Below are positions 30,858-38,700 of a stretch of DNA of 64,000 nt, piece after piece. Each line of letters opens with the position of its first letter. Position 1 is the stretch's first letter. A program made the position numbers and the translations under genes. Under the pieces are notes generated by a model. It made no database searches. It was not told where the DNA came from and saw only the letters and a list, made by a program, of their open reading frames with translations. Origin of the DNA: Nitrospirota bacterium (GTDB lineage: Bacteria > Nitrospirota > UBA9217); the NCBI GenBank assembly GCA_963751455.1, contig CAVVUN010000002.1:96001-160000 (forward strand). The letters run 5' to 3'.

Positions 30858-30928
30858 TTATCGATTGCGAATTTCGGATTGCAGATTTAGGTCAAGCTGA
30901 TTATTTTGTATTGATCTCAATAGAAGAT

Positions 30929-31420
30929 TCAAGCCCTGTAAGCATACAGCATACCGGTTAATAAGAGCACTGTAATGCCCATAAAAAAGTTGATTTTCAC
31001 CAGATTCAGGGATACTGTTTGCAGCTTCTGAACTTTTTCAGGATGGCCTCCTTCCGACGACAACCGTGCTATCCCTGGTGTCAGGACCAACCCTCGGTAA
31101 AAATGAATGCACGTCATTATTACTACGAACAGAATCTTTGCAACAAGCGATCTCACCCGCAGGGCGGAAAGTCCGGGGAAACCGGTAAAATCATGCGAAG
31201 CGACACTCATGAAGATTCCGCTTGCGATGATCAGAAAAATGCTGATATTTGCCAGCGGAACAAAGCGTTTGCTCAGAGGTCCCATGATTTTACCTGGTTG
31301 GTCAAGGGTCTTCCCCGCAACCGGGATGGCAACATACAAAATAAAAAAAATTCCGCCTATCCAGACAACTGCCGATAACAGATGCACCCACATAGTTACC
31401 GTCAACAATAATCGGTCCAT
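30929..31420 (-). CDS. CopD/DUF4149-like four-helix membrane protein
   Basis: WVHLLSAVVWIGGIFF motif; four hydrophobic segments. Confidence 0.7.
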   Translation of the reverse strand: MDRLLLTVTMWVHLLSAVVWIGGIFFILYVAIPVAGKTLDQPGKIMGPLSKRFVPLANISIFLIIASGIFMSVASHDFTGFPGLSALRVRSLVAKILFVVIMTCIHFYRGLVLTPGIARLSSEGGHPEKVQKLQTVSLNLVKINFFMGITVLLLTGMLYAYRA

Positions 31421-31438
31421 TTCATAAACCTCCTGTAG

Positions 31439-31474
31439 AATTTCGTGGGGAGAATTCCTCCCCCCACGAAATTT
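31439..31474. terminator. Stem-loop between the Cys peptide gene and the copD-like gene (terminator or mRNA stabiliser)
   Basis: AATTTCGTGGGG...CCCCACGAAATT inverted repeat. Confidence 0.6.
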
Positions 31475-31480
31475 TGCCGC

Positions 31481-31594
31481 CTACTTCTTCTCCTTCATAG
31501 GTGGAACGCACCCGCAACCGCAGCCGCAGCTTGATGCCTTGGTCTCCTTTTCAACTTTCTCAGCGGTTGCGTTTTTTTCGGTCGTATCTGCCAT
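31481..31594 (-). CDS. 37-aa peptide with a CGCGCGC motif (unannotated)
   Basis: AAGGAGGT RBS; MADTTEKNATAEKVEKETKASSCGCGCGCVPPMKEKK; hairpin directly after the stop. Confidence 0.7.
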   Translation of the reverse strand: MADTTEKNATAEKVEKETKASSCGCGCGCVPPMKEKK

Positions 31595-31793
31595 CACAGT
31601 CACCTCCTTCCGCGGCGATAGCCGTTGATTTCAGATTTTTGGTGTTCATTATAAGTTCGGATTCCAGGTCTTTTTTATATTCCCTTAATCGTATGAGCAG
31701 TTCTTTTTTACTAAAAGGTTTATCGTCAATTTTTGGTTCGCCTTTGCACGGATTTTTCAACTTAATGAATTCACTCCCCTGACACATACGCAA
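31560..31793 (-). CDS. Small hypothetical protein resembling the coiled-coil tail of the adjacent ArsR
   Basis: AAGGAG RBS; LREYKKDLESEL versus LLEYRKRLESEL in the ArsR. Confidence 0.45.
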   Translation of the reverse strand: MRMCQGSEFIKLKNPCKGEPKIDDKPFSKKELLIRLREYKKDLESELIMNTKNLKSTAIAAEGGDCDGRYDRKKRNR

Positions 31794-31813
31794 CTGACTC
31801 CTTTATTAAGTTA

Positions 31814-31832
31814 ATTAGCATCAACTTATATA
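31814..31832. promoter_or_regulatory. Candidate operator ATTAG-N5-ACTTATATA (copy 1)
   Basis: Same motif at 32263-32281; both lie just upstream of minus-strand gene starts. Confidence 0.55.
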
Positions 31833-31854
31833 ATTAAGAAAAAAATATTTCTCT

Positions 31855-32250
31855 TCACTTTCTCTCAAGTTCTGAAATTCTCTTTTTAACCTGTTTCAGC
31901 TCGCTCTCAAGGCGTTTTCTATACTCAAGCAAAACTTCTTTTGGATCGGAGGCCCTTTTTTTCTTGCCGAGTTCACATCCGCACGTACAGATTTTTATCA
32001 GTTCATGCTGGCATTTGTCGAGGCTTGCTTCGTTCAACGAATAGAAAATATGATATCCTTTCCTCTCATCCATAACCAGGCCAGCCTGTTTTAATACACG
32101 GAGATGTTGCGAAACGGCGGATTGGGTGATCCCCAGTGCCTCGGCCATTATATTAACAGACAAGGGACCTGCCTTGAGTAGTTCTATAATTTTTATTCTG
32201 GTTTCTACTGAGAAAACCTTAAATGCTTCCGCTTCAATTTTCACATTCAC
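31855..32250 (-). CDS. ArsR/SmtB repressor with CTCGC motif and coiled-coil tail
   Basis: ETRIKIIELL and ITQSAVSQHLRVLK HTH. Confidence 0.88.
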   Translation of the reverse strand: MNVKIEAEAFKVFSVETRIKIIELLKAGPLSVNIMAEALGITQSAVSQHLRVLKQAGLVMDERKGYHIFYSLNEASLDKCQHELIKICTCGCELGKKKRASDPKEVLLEYRKRLESELKQVKKRISELERK

Positions 32251-32262
32251 ACCTTAAAGTAT

Positions 32263-32302
32263 ATTAGTTATTACTTATATACTGTGAGTTATATAAAGTC
32301 AA
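32263..32302 (-). promoter_or_regulatory. Promoter (TTGACT-17-TATAAG) overlapping operator copy 2
   Basis: -35 at 32302-32297; quasi-palindrome GTATATTAG..CTTATATAC. Confidence 0.55.
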
Positions 32303-32644
32303 GTGGTTTTTTCAAGCACGTAACGCACATAAGACTATTATGTATCAATAATGTTTTTCAAAAAATTACGAGGCGTTTTTTTCGGGCAGGCCAATGGAAT
32401 ACAAAAAGGCGTTGACTGCGCAAATGTATCCGTGTTTCGCTTCCTTCGAGTTCGCCAGCACACCTTCTCCATAGGCTGCCGAGATTCCGCGAGGAGAAGT
32501 GGCATCCATCTCCGCGGTTTCCAGGTTACACCATTTGTCGGCTCAAGTAGAGGTTACCCTCCTAAGTATTCATTGACTTTTACATAAAAGGAATATTAAC
32601 ATTCCAGCAGGCATCCTGTGCACCCAGGGCTAAAGGAGGCAATC

Positions 32645-32899
32645 ATGAAAAAGCGGACAATTACGATGTACATGAACGACCCGATGGGCAAGTGGTGAAT
32701 TTCGCTGATGGAGTCCGCCGGTCGGGCGGAGAAGGAGTTGGGCGCTGAAGTCGTTGTGATCAAGAAGACGTCCCCGGAATACGCATCGGAAAAGGACGCA
32801 CCTCCCTGTCCATCGGTAAAGATTGATGATTCTTTTGTTGTTAAGAGGGGCTTGGTCACCTATGATCAGCTTAAGGCCGCTGTATTAAAAGAGGACTAG
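32645..32899 (+). CDS. Second thioredoxin-like selenoprotein, NDPMGKWU motif (UGA at 32696-32698)
   Basis: AAGGAGG RBS before ATG 32645; 84 aa; hairpin TCCGCC-GGTCG-GGCGGA at 32714-32730; homologous to 21411-21695 on both sides of the UGA. Confidence 0.88.
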
Positions 32900-33063
32900 C
32901 AACCAGCTGAAAAACTCGAGAGCGTCATAGAGTGTCATTAAGAGGAGCTATCGTTGTGACGTGGCGATCTCGATTTTTGAAGTCGTTATGTAACTGCAGA
33001 TTGCTTCCTTCGCTCGCAAAGACGGCTCAAAAAAGTTTACACGTGTTTCATGAGGCAAATCGG

Positions 33064-33711
33064 ATGAACTTTAAAAAACTCAATATGCACGAATTAAACG
33101 TTCTGAATCAGAAGCGGTACGCAATCACTGCCTGGTTTTACGATATCCTGGACTACCCCTGGGAGCTTCAATACCGGAAATGGAGACCCGAGCTTCTGGG
33201 GGATTTGAGCGGAAAAGTGCTGGAAGCGGGGGTCGGGACCGGGCGAAACCTGGAATACTACCGCCCCGGAGTGAACTTGACCGCAATCGATTTCAGCCCC
33301 GCCATGCTGAAGAAGGCAGCGAAACGCTGCGCGAAAACATCCTGTAAGGTTGAGTTCGTGCATGAAGATGCCACGCATATGGAATCAATCCCTTCAGCGA
33401 GCTATGATTGGGTAGTGGCTTTTTTTCTTTGCTGCGTCCTTCCCAATGAGCTGCAGGATGAGGCGGTCTCGGAGTTCGCGCGCGTGCTGAAGCCGGGCGG
33501 CAGATTCCGGCTTCTGGAAATGAAATATTCCAAGGACCCCGTCCTGAGAAAGCGTCAGGATTTTTTTGCGCCGTTTGTCGCAAAGGTGTACGGCGCCGGG
33601 TTTGACCGGGAAACATTGAGACATATTCAATATAATAAGAAACTTAAGGTGACAGGAACCCGCTATCTGAAACACGACACGTATCTGTTGATCGATGGTA
33701 TCCGGGAGTAA
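33064..33711 (+). CDS. Class I SAM-dependent methyltransferase
   Basis: VLEAGVGTGRN, IDFSPAML and RVLKPGG motifs; FLCC. Confidence 0.85.
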   Translation: MNFKKLNMHELNVLNQKRYAITAWFYDILDYPWELQYRKWRPELLGDLSGKVLEAGVGTGRNLEYYRPGVNLTAIDFSPAMLKKAAKRCAKTSCKVEFVHEDATHMESIPSASYDWVVAFFLCCVLPNELQDEAVSEFARVLKPGGRFRLLEMKYSKDPVLRKRQDFFAPFVAKVYGAGFDRETLRHIQYNKKLKVTGTRYLKHDTYLLIDGIRE

Positions 33712-33802
33712 TGAGCATAGTGCCTCGAAAAAAAGCCCCGATATGTGATATTTGAAACAGTCGCCCTCCCTCGATACGCAGAATTCCGTCTCAACTATCC
33801 GA

Positions 33803-33831
33803 TTGACCTTTCGTGCAAAAAACAATAATAT
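33803..33831 (+). promoter_or_regulatory. Sigma70 promoter for selD (TTGACC-17-TAATAT)
   Basis: Near-consensus hexamers with a 17 nt spacer, ~120 nt before the ATG. Confidence 0.5.
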
Positions 33832-33949
33832 TCAAGTTGGCACCTGATAAACGAGCTTCATCGAAGCTTATGCCATCCGATGAGTTCGAATTACGCTGAG
33901 TATAGGCCCTCCGTTACTATTGAGGCTAATCCAAGAAAGGAGCAACTCC

Positions 33950-34997
33950 ATGGAAATAAAACTCACACACCTTTCAAGCTGCGCCGGTTGAGCCTCTAAA
34001 TTCAGCCCTGCTGATCTGTCCCAGGTCCTGGGACAATTACCGAAAATCATCGATCCCAATGTACTCGTCGGTTCCTCGAATGCCGATGATGCGGGTGTAT
34101 ACCGCATCACCGACGAAATTGCCATGGTCTTTACCGCCGACTTTTTTACGCCGATCGTCGACGACCCGTACTGGTTCGGCGCCATCGCCGCGGCGAACTC
34201 GCTCTCGGATGTTTATGCCATGGGCGGCAAGGCCCTGGTTGCCTTGAACATCGCGGCACTGCCCGGCACGCCTGATTTTGCGGAGATCAACAAGCGGATC
34301 ATGCAGGGCGGCATCGATAAAATGAATGAGGCCGGAGTGGCGATCATCGGCGGACATACCATCAAGGACAAGGAGCCGAAATTCGGATTTGCCGTTCTCG
34401 GCTCTATCCATCCCGGTAAAATACTCGATAATACCAAGGCGAAACCGGGTGATGCGCTGATTATCACGAAGCCCATCGGGACAGGGATCATTGCAACCGG
34501 AATCAAAGCCGGAAAATGCAGCCGTCGAAACAGCTGACCTCTTCACGAAGTCCATGGCAACCCTCAATAAACGGGCAAGCGAGATTATGCTCGAGGCAGG
34601 CGTGAACACGGCCACGGACATTACCGGGTTCGGCCTGATCGGTCATCTGAGCGAAGTTCTTATAGCGAGCAGGTGCAGCGCGCGGCTGTACGCAAGCAGT
34701 GTCCCGTTTTTCAAGGAAGCGATAACGCTCGCGGACATGGGCATGGTTCCGGGCGGTACACGGGCCAACCTGAAGAACTATGAATCGATCGTGGAATGGG
34801 CATCAGGTGTTTCAAATACCGAACGGTTTTTGATGAATGACGCTCAGACCTCGGGCGGGCTTCTTCTATTCGTTTCGAAGGGTAATAAAAAAAGGCTGGT
34901 GTCCGCGCTTCTTAAGGATAACATCATGGCCGCAGAAATAGGTGCACTGGTTGATACTGCTCCCATCGGGGATAAACGGATATTTGTGGAGAAATGA
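33950..34997 (+). CDS. selD: Selenide, water dikinase, Sec form (UGA at 33989-33991); one apparent indel near 34520
   Basis: LTHLSSCAG-U-ASK, DDAGVY, DFFTPIVDDP, DVYAMGG, TDITGFGL and DAQTSGGLL motifs; hairpin TGTCCCA-GGTCC-TGGGACA at 34017-34035. Confidence 0.92.
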
Positions 34998-35120
34998 AGA
35001 GACATTTTTACAATGGAGGATGAAAATTCCTTCGCCCTTCCCTGAGCCTCCGGTCAACGGAGAGGTCACAGTCTGCCTCTCCGCAAGAGAGGGACGGGGA
35101 GAGGGGGGATTTTCGAGGTT

Positions 35121-35900
35121 ATGGATATCCCTTTTGTGCTGTTTCTGGCTGCGATCGGCGGGTCTGTCGGATTTCTTTCAGGCCTGCTCGGCATAGGCGG
35201 AGGCATTGTCATGTTTCCGCTGCTGCTGTATGTACCGCCCCTCCTCGGCTGGAACAGCATTGACGTAAAGAGCATTACCGGTCTCACCATGGCCCAAGGC
35301 TTCTTCTCCGCCCTTACCGCGATGTTCTATTACAGCAAAAATGCGCTTGTCAACAAAGCACTCGTAGTAACGCTCGGCCTTTCCTTGTTTACTTCCTCGC
35401 TTGCCGGCTCGTTCTTTTCGAAGACTGTTCCGGACGGCCTCCTGCTCATGGTCTTCGGAACTTTGGCGCTCATCGCCGCGGTGATGATGCTCATACCGAG
35501 AAGTTATATGCGTGATGATCTGACCGAGGACAAGGTGTATTTTCATAAAGCGACCGCCATCGCTATCGGCCTCCTTCTGGGGTTCGCTATTGGCCTGGTC
35601 GGCCAGGGCGGCGCGTTCATCCTCATCCCGACGCTTCTCTATGTCTTGAAGATCCCGCTCAGGGTCGCGCTGGGAAGCACGCTGGCAATCGGGCTCTTTT
35701 CGTCGTCAGCCGGCCTGGTCGGCAAGGTGGCGACTCACCAGGTGCCGTTTCTCCTGGTCCTTCCGCTTCTGGCGGGCGCTGTTCCGGCTGCACGGTGGGG
35801 GAGCATGGTCGGGAAAAGAACTAATACCATTTTTTTGAAGTGGCTTCTCTCGGCGATCATCTTCGGGACGGCAATCAAAGTCTGGATCGATATTATATGA
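35121..35900 (+). CDS. TauE/SafE (TSUP) sulfite/sulfur-compound exporter
   Basis: GLLGIGGG and GLVGQGGAFILIP repeats; eight TM helices. Confidence 0.88.
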   Translation: MDIPFVLFLAAIGGSVGFLSGLLGIGGGIVMFPLLLYVPPLLGWNSIDVKSITGLTMAQGFFSALTAMFYYSKNALVNKALVVTLGLSLFTSSLAGSFFSKTVPDGLLLMVFGTLALIAAVMMLIPRSYMRDDLTEDKVYFHKATAIAIGLLLGFAIGLVGQGGAFILIPTLLYVLKIPLRVALGSTLAIGLFSSSAGLVGKVATHQVPFLLVLPLLAGAVPAARWGSMVGKRTNTIFLKWLLSAIIFGTAIKVWIDII

Positions 35901-35948
35901 AGTTATAAGCTTTCAGCTGAGTGCTGAAAGCTGACAACTGGTAATTTT

Positions 35949-36272
35949 TCAACTGACCCGTAGGCAGCAGCGAATGGCATCCAGTGCCCAAATGAGAAGC
36001 TCGTCGCTTTCATCAATGATCTCGTCAGGCACTTCATAATAATTTTTCAGCGTTTGCTTCATATTCGGACGGAAGGGCTTCATGCCCCGTTCCTGGTAAG
36101 AGGGCTGGGTGGAGGAGTCGGTCTTGAAGTAGAGCCGTCCGCCGTAGATAATCCCGAAGAAATCCGCGTCCCGGTAAAGCCCGTACCCGCCGAACATCGG
36201 CCTTGCATTCACATTGCCGAGTCCGCTCAACTGGTCCAGAATGAATTCCATGAAGCTTTCGTCTTTATGCAT
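35949..36272 (-). CDS. TfoX/Sxy N-terminal domain protein
   Basis: RPMFGGYGLY..LYFK..YYEVP motifs. Confidence 0.85.
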   Translation of the reverse strand: MHKDESFMEFILDQLSGLGNVNARPMFGGYGLYRDADFFGIIYGGRLYFKTDSSTQPSYQERGMKPFRPNMKQTLKNYYEVPDEIIDESDELLIWALDAIRCCLRVS

Positions 36273-36464
36273 TTCAGGTCACCTCACGGATATCCGGTTA
36301 GATTTTATCACAATCACAACGCTGTTCATTCCATCATTAAATTAAATTCCGGATAAAAATTGGACGCAGGTCAACGCGGAAAAAGCGGATATGAAATCTC
36401 AGGATCTGAATCTGCGCTCCTTTGGCAATTTGCCATACGTTAATCCGCGCGGCGGGATGAGCGA

Positions 36465-37355
36465 CTAGCGGGCTTTAGAAGTTGACCCGATTACATTTAC
36501 AAAAGAATTCACAAGAGTGGAAGAATTATCGCTCCGCCAGACAACGGCAAGTTTAACCGTAGGCGGAGACCCTGACAACGGTATATACTGCACACCCGGC
36601 CGCCTGATATTTTTTATATAATCCGGAAGGAGGCAGGCTCCCAGTCCGGAAGCTACGAGACCTAAAACGGTTTGTACATTACCTGCCTCCTGCGTTATTT
36701 TGGGGCTGAACCCGGCAGAATGGCATAAACTGATAAAAGCATCCCGAACAACCGGTTCTGATGATCGTGTATTCGCTATGAAAGGTTCCTGAGCAAGTTC
36801 CCTGATATGCAGCGATTTGCGGCTCGAAAAAGGGTGTTTTTTGGGCAGAACCACCATCAAGGGCGCTCGCGTGAGCGGCTGCGAAGTAAGCAGGGAATCC
36901 TGAGCATCAGGATAGAGGAATCCAACGTCAATGCGCCTGGCATGAAGCGACTTGATCTGTTCCGCGGTATTAAGCTCCTGCAAAACAAGCTCCACATCCG
37001 GGAAGCGTTCACGGAATAACCGCAGTCCCTCAGGCAAAAAAGTATGGACCACTGACCCCACAAACCCTACGGTGAGACGTCCAGCCTGTCCGCGGTATAT
37101 CCTTCTGGCTGTTTCCGCAGCCTGTTCAACATGCAAAAGCAGGTGCTGGGCTTCTTTAAGAAAATAAACACCGGCATCCGTCATTTGTATGGTTTTACGC
37201 CTCGTCCTGTCAAAAAGCTTTACCCCAAGCTCCTCTTCCAGATTCATGATTTGCTGACTTAACGGCGGCTGGGCGATATGAAGCCTCTTGGCAGCCCTGC
37301 CAAAATGCAGTTCCTCGGCCACAGCGACAAAATATTTGAGGTGTCTAAGTTCCAT
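36465..37355 (-). CDS. LysR-family transcriptional regulator
   Basis: MELRHLKYFVAVAEELHFGRAA..QPPLSQQI. Confidence 0.93.
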   Translation of the reverse strand: MELRHLKYFVAVAEELHFGRAAKRLHIAQPPLSQQIMNLEEELGVKLFDRTRRKTIQMTDAGVYFLKEAQHLLLHVEQAAETARRIYRGQAGRLTVGFVGSVVHTFLPEGLRLFRERFPDVELVLQELNTAEQIKSLHARRIDVGFLYPDAQDSLLTSQPLTRAPLMVVLPKKHPFSSRKSLHIRELAQEPFIANTRSSEPVVRDAFISLCHSAGFSPKITQEAGNVQTVLGLVASGLGACLLPDYIKNIRRPGVQYIPLSGSPPTVKLAVVWRSDNSSTLVNSFVNVIGSTSKAR

Positions 37356-37550
37356 ATCTTTAAAGTATCGATTCGATACTATCAATATATTGGACGTATG
37401 TCAATTCAATAGGTAAAATATTTTCAGAGACAACGGAAGACTTGTGGCAGGCCGTAGTAGTAAGTTAATGCGAAGAGATGAGGGGAATCATGACGTGTTT
37501 CTAATCATCCTCTCGCGCCACTAAATCCTGCGGCCAGAAGGGAGGCAATT

Positions 37551-37742
37551 ATGAACAGGACCGTTGATAAATGGACAATGGATGCTGCAAAGTATTTTAA
37601 AGAGGAAGTACTCGACATTATGCCCGATATCCCCGGGGAGGAGCTCTCTGACATGGTAGGCGCGTACATCTATTATCAGCAGGCGGATGTCAGCAAGGAT
37701 GAAGCGCATGAGGTAGTTGAGGTGACCTGCAATAAGAATTAG
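37551..37742 (+). CDS. Small acidic hypothetical protein, divergent from the LysR gene
   Basis: GGAGG RBS; 63 aa ORF. Confidence 0.55.
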   Translation: MNRTVDKWTMDAAKYFKEEVLDIMPDIPGEELSDMVGAYIYYQQADVSKDEAHEVVEVTCNKN

Positions 37743-37896
37743 CGGCGTCCCTGTCCAGTACGAAGAGAAACTCCTGAGCCTTCACTCAGTGGGGAGAGCA
37801 AATAGAGAAAGGCATTCCGGAAAAGCCGGGATTTTACATTGCAAACTGCAAGTTGAAAAATGTTATTTCTAAAAAAGGCAAGGAAGAGGGGAACAA

Positions 37897-38484
37897 TTAT
37901 CCCAGATTCGCTATCAGTTCTCGAACGGTGACGAACATATCACCGAGGATCGGGTGGACGAGGGGAGCGGGGCGCGACTGGTTCAGCTTCATGAGCGGGG
38001 CGTCGCTGTCTTTATTGAAGCAGAGGATTTCCGCGCGGGTGCCGAGGTAATCGATGTGCTGAGGTGCGCCGGAAATGCCGAGGGCGATAATGAGCTTCGG
38101 GTTGACGCGGACGCCGGTCTGGCCGATCTGGCTGTCGAGCGGCAAGAGCTTGAGATCCTGGGTGACCTTGCGGGTTGCGCCGAACATCGGCGTCAAGCCC
38201 ATTGTCTCCAGTTTTTTCTTGAACTCCTGCGCAAGCTCCAGGCCGGCCCTGTCTTTGACCCCGTACCCGAGATCGATGATGACTTCTGCCTGTGCAAGCG
38301 TAGGGGGCGTGATCGGGGGCAGCGGCATGACCCAGTCAGGGGAAACACTGAAATCGAGAATGCTTGCTTCGAATTCTTTGCTCTTGTCTGGCGCAGGGAA
38401 GTCCGCTTCCGGAGAAATCGTTACGAATGCTCTGCCGCTGTCGTAAGGATGTTCTCGGACCAGCTTGCCCTCGTATGCAGACAA
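37897..38484 (-). pseudogene. ETF alpha (FixB) C-terminal FAD domain fragment with no evident start
   Basis: QIGQTG..P.LIIALGISGAPQH..NKD..AP motifs; N-terminal domain missing. Confidence 0.65.
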
Positions 38485-38577
38485 CGAAAAAATGAGTCTC
38501 GCCGAACCATCTTTTTTAATATCAGTAACCCCTGAACAAACGAGTACTCCGTAAACTTAGTCGTTAATGGTTCAACG

Positions 38578-38665
38578 CCGTCATTCCGGCACGTTTTAAG
38601 CCGGAATCCAGGGAAATTTCGATTCAAACCTCTGGACCCCGGCTAAAGTCATGCCGGGGTGACGG
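38578..38665. repeat. CGTC-type REP doublet; related copy at 56501-56622
   Basis: CGTCATTCCGGC..GCCGGAATCCAG ... CTGGACCCCGGC..GCCGGGGTGACG. Confidence 0.7.
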
Positions 38666-38700
38666 AAAATAGAGGCGCAATACACCATCAAGAACTACCT

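Noticed and set aside
31481-31594. RiPP biosynthetic cluster around the CGCGCGC peptide
   Set aside because: No radical SAM, YcaO, lanthipeptide or peptidase-transporter gene nearby.
32360-32570. Possible further minus-strand UGA-readthrough ORF (..TST-TGA-ADKWC..)
   Set aside because: No in-frame start with an RBS, no convincing hairpin and no recognisable family.
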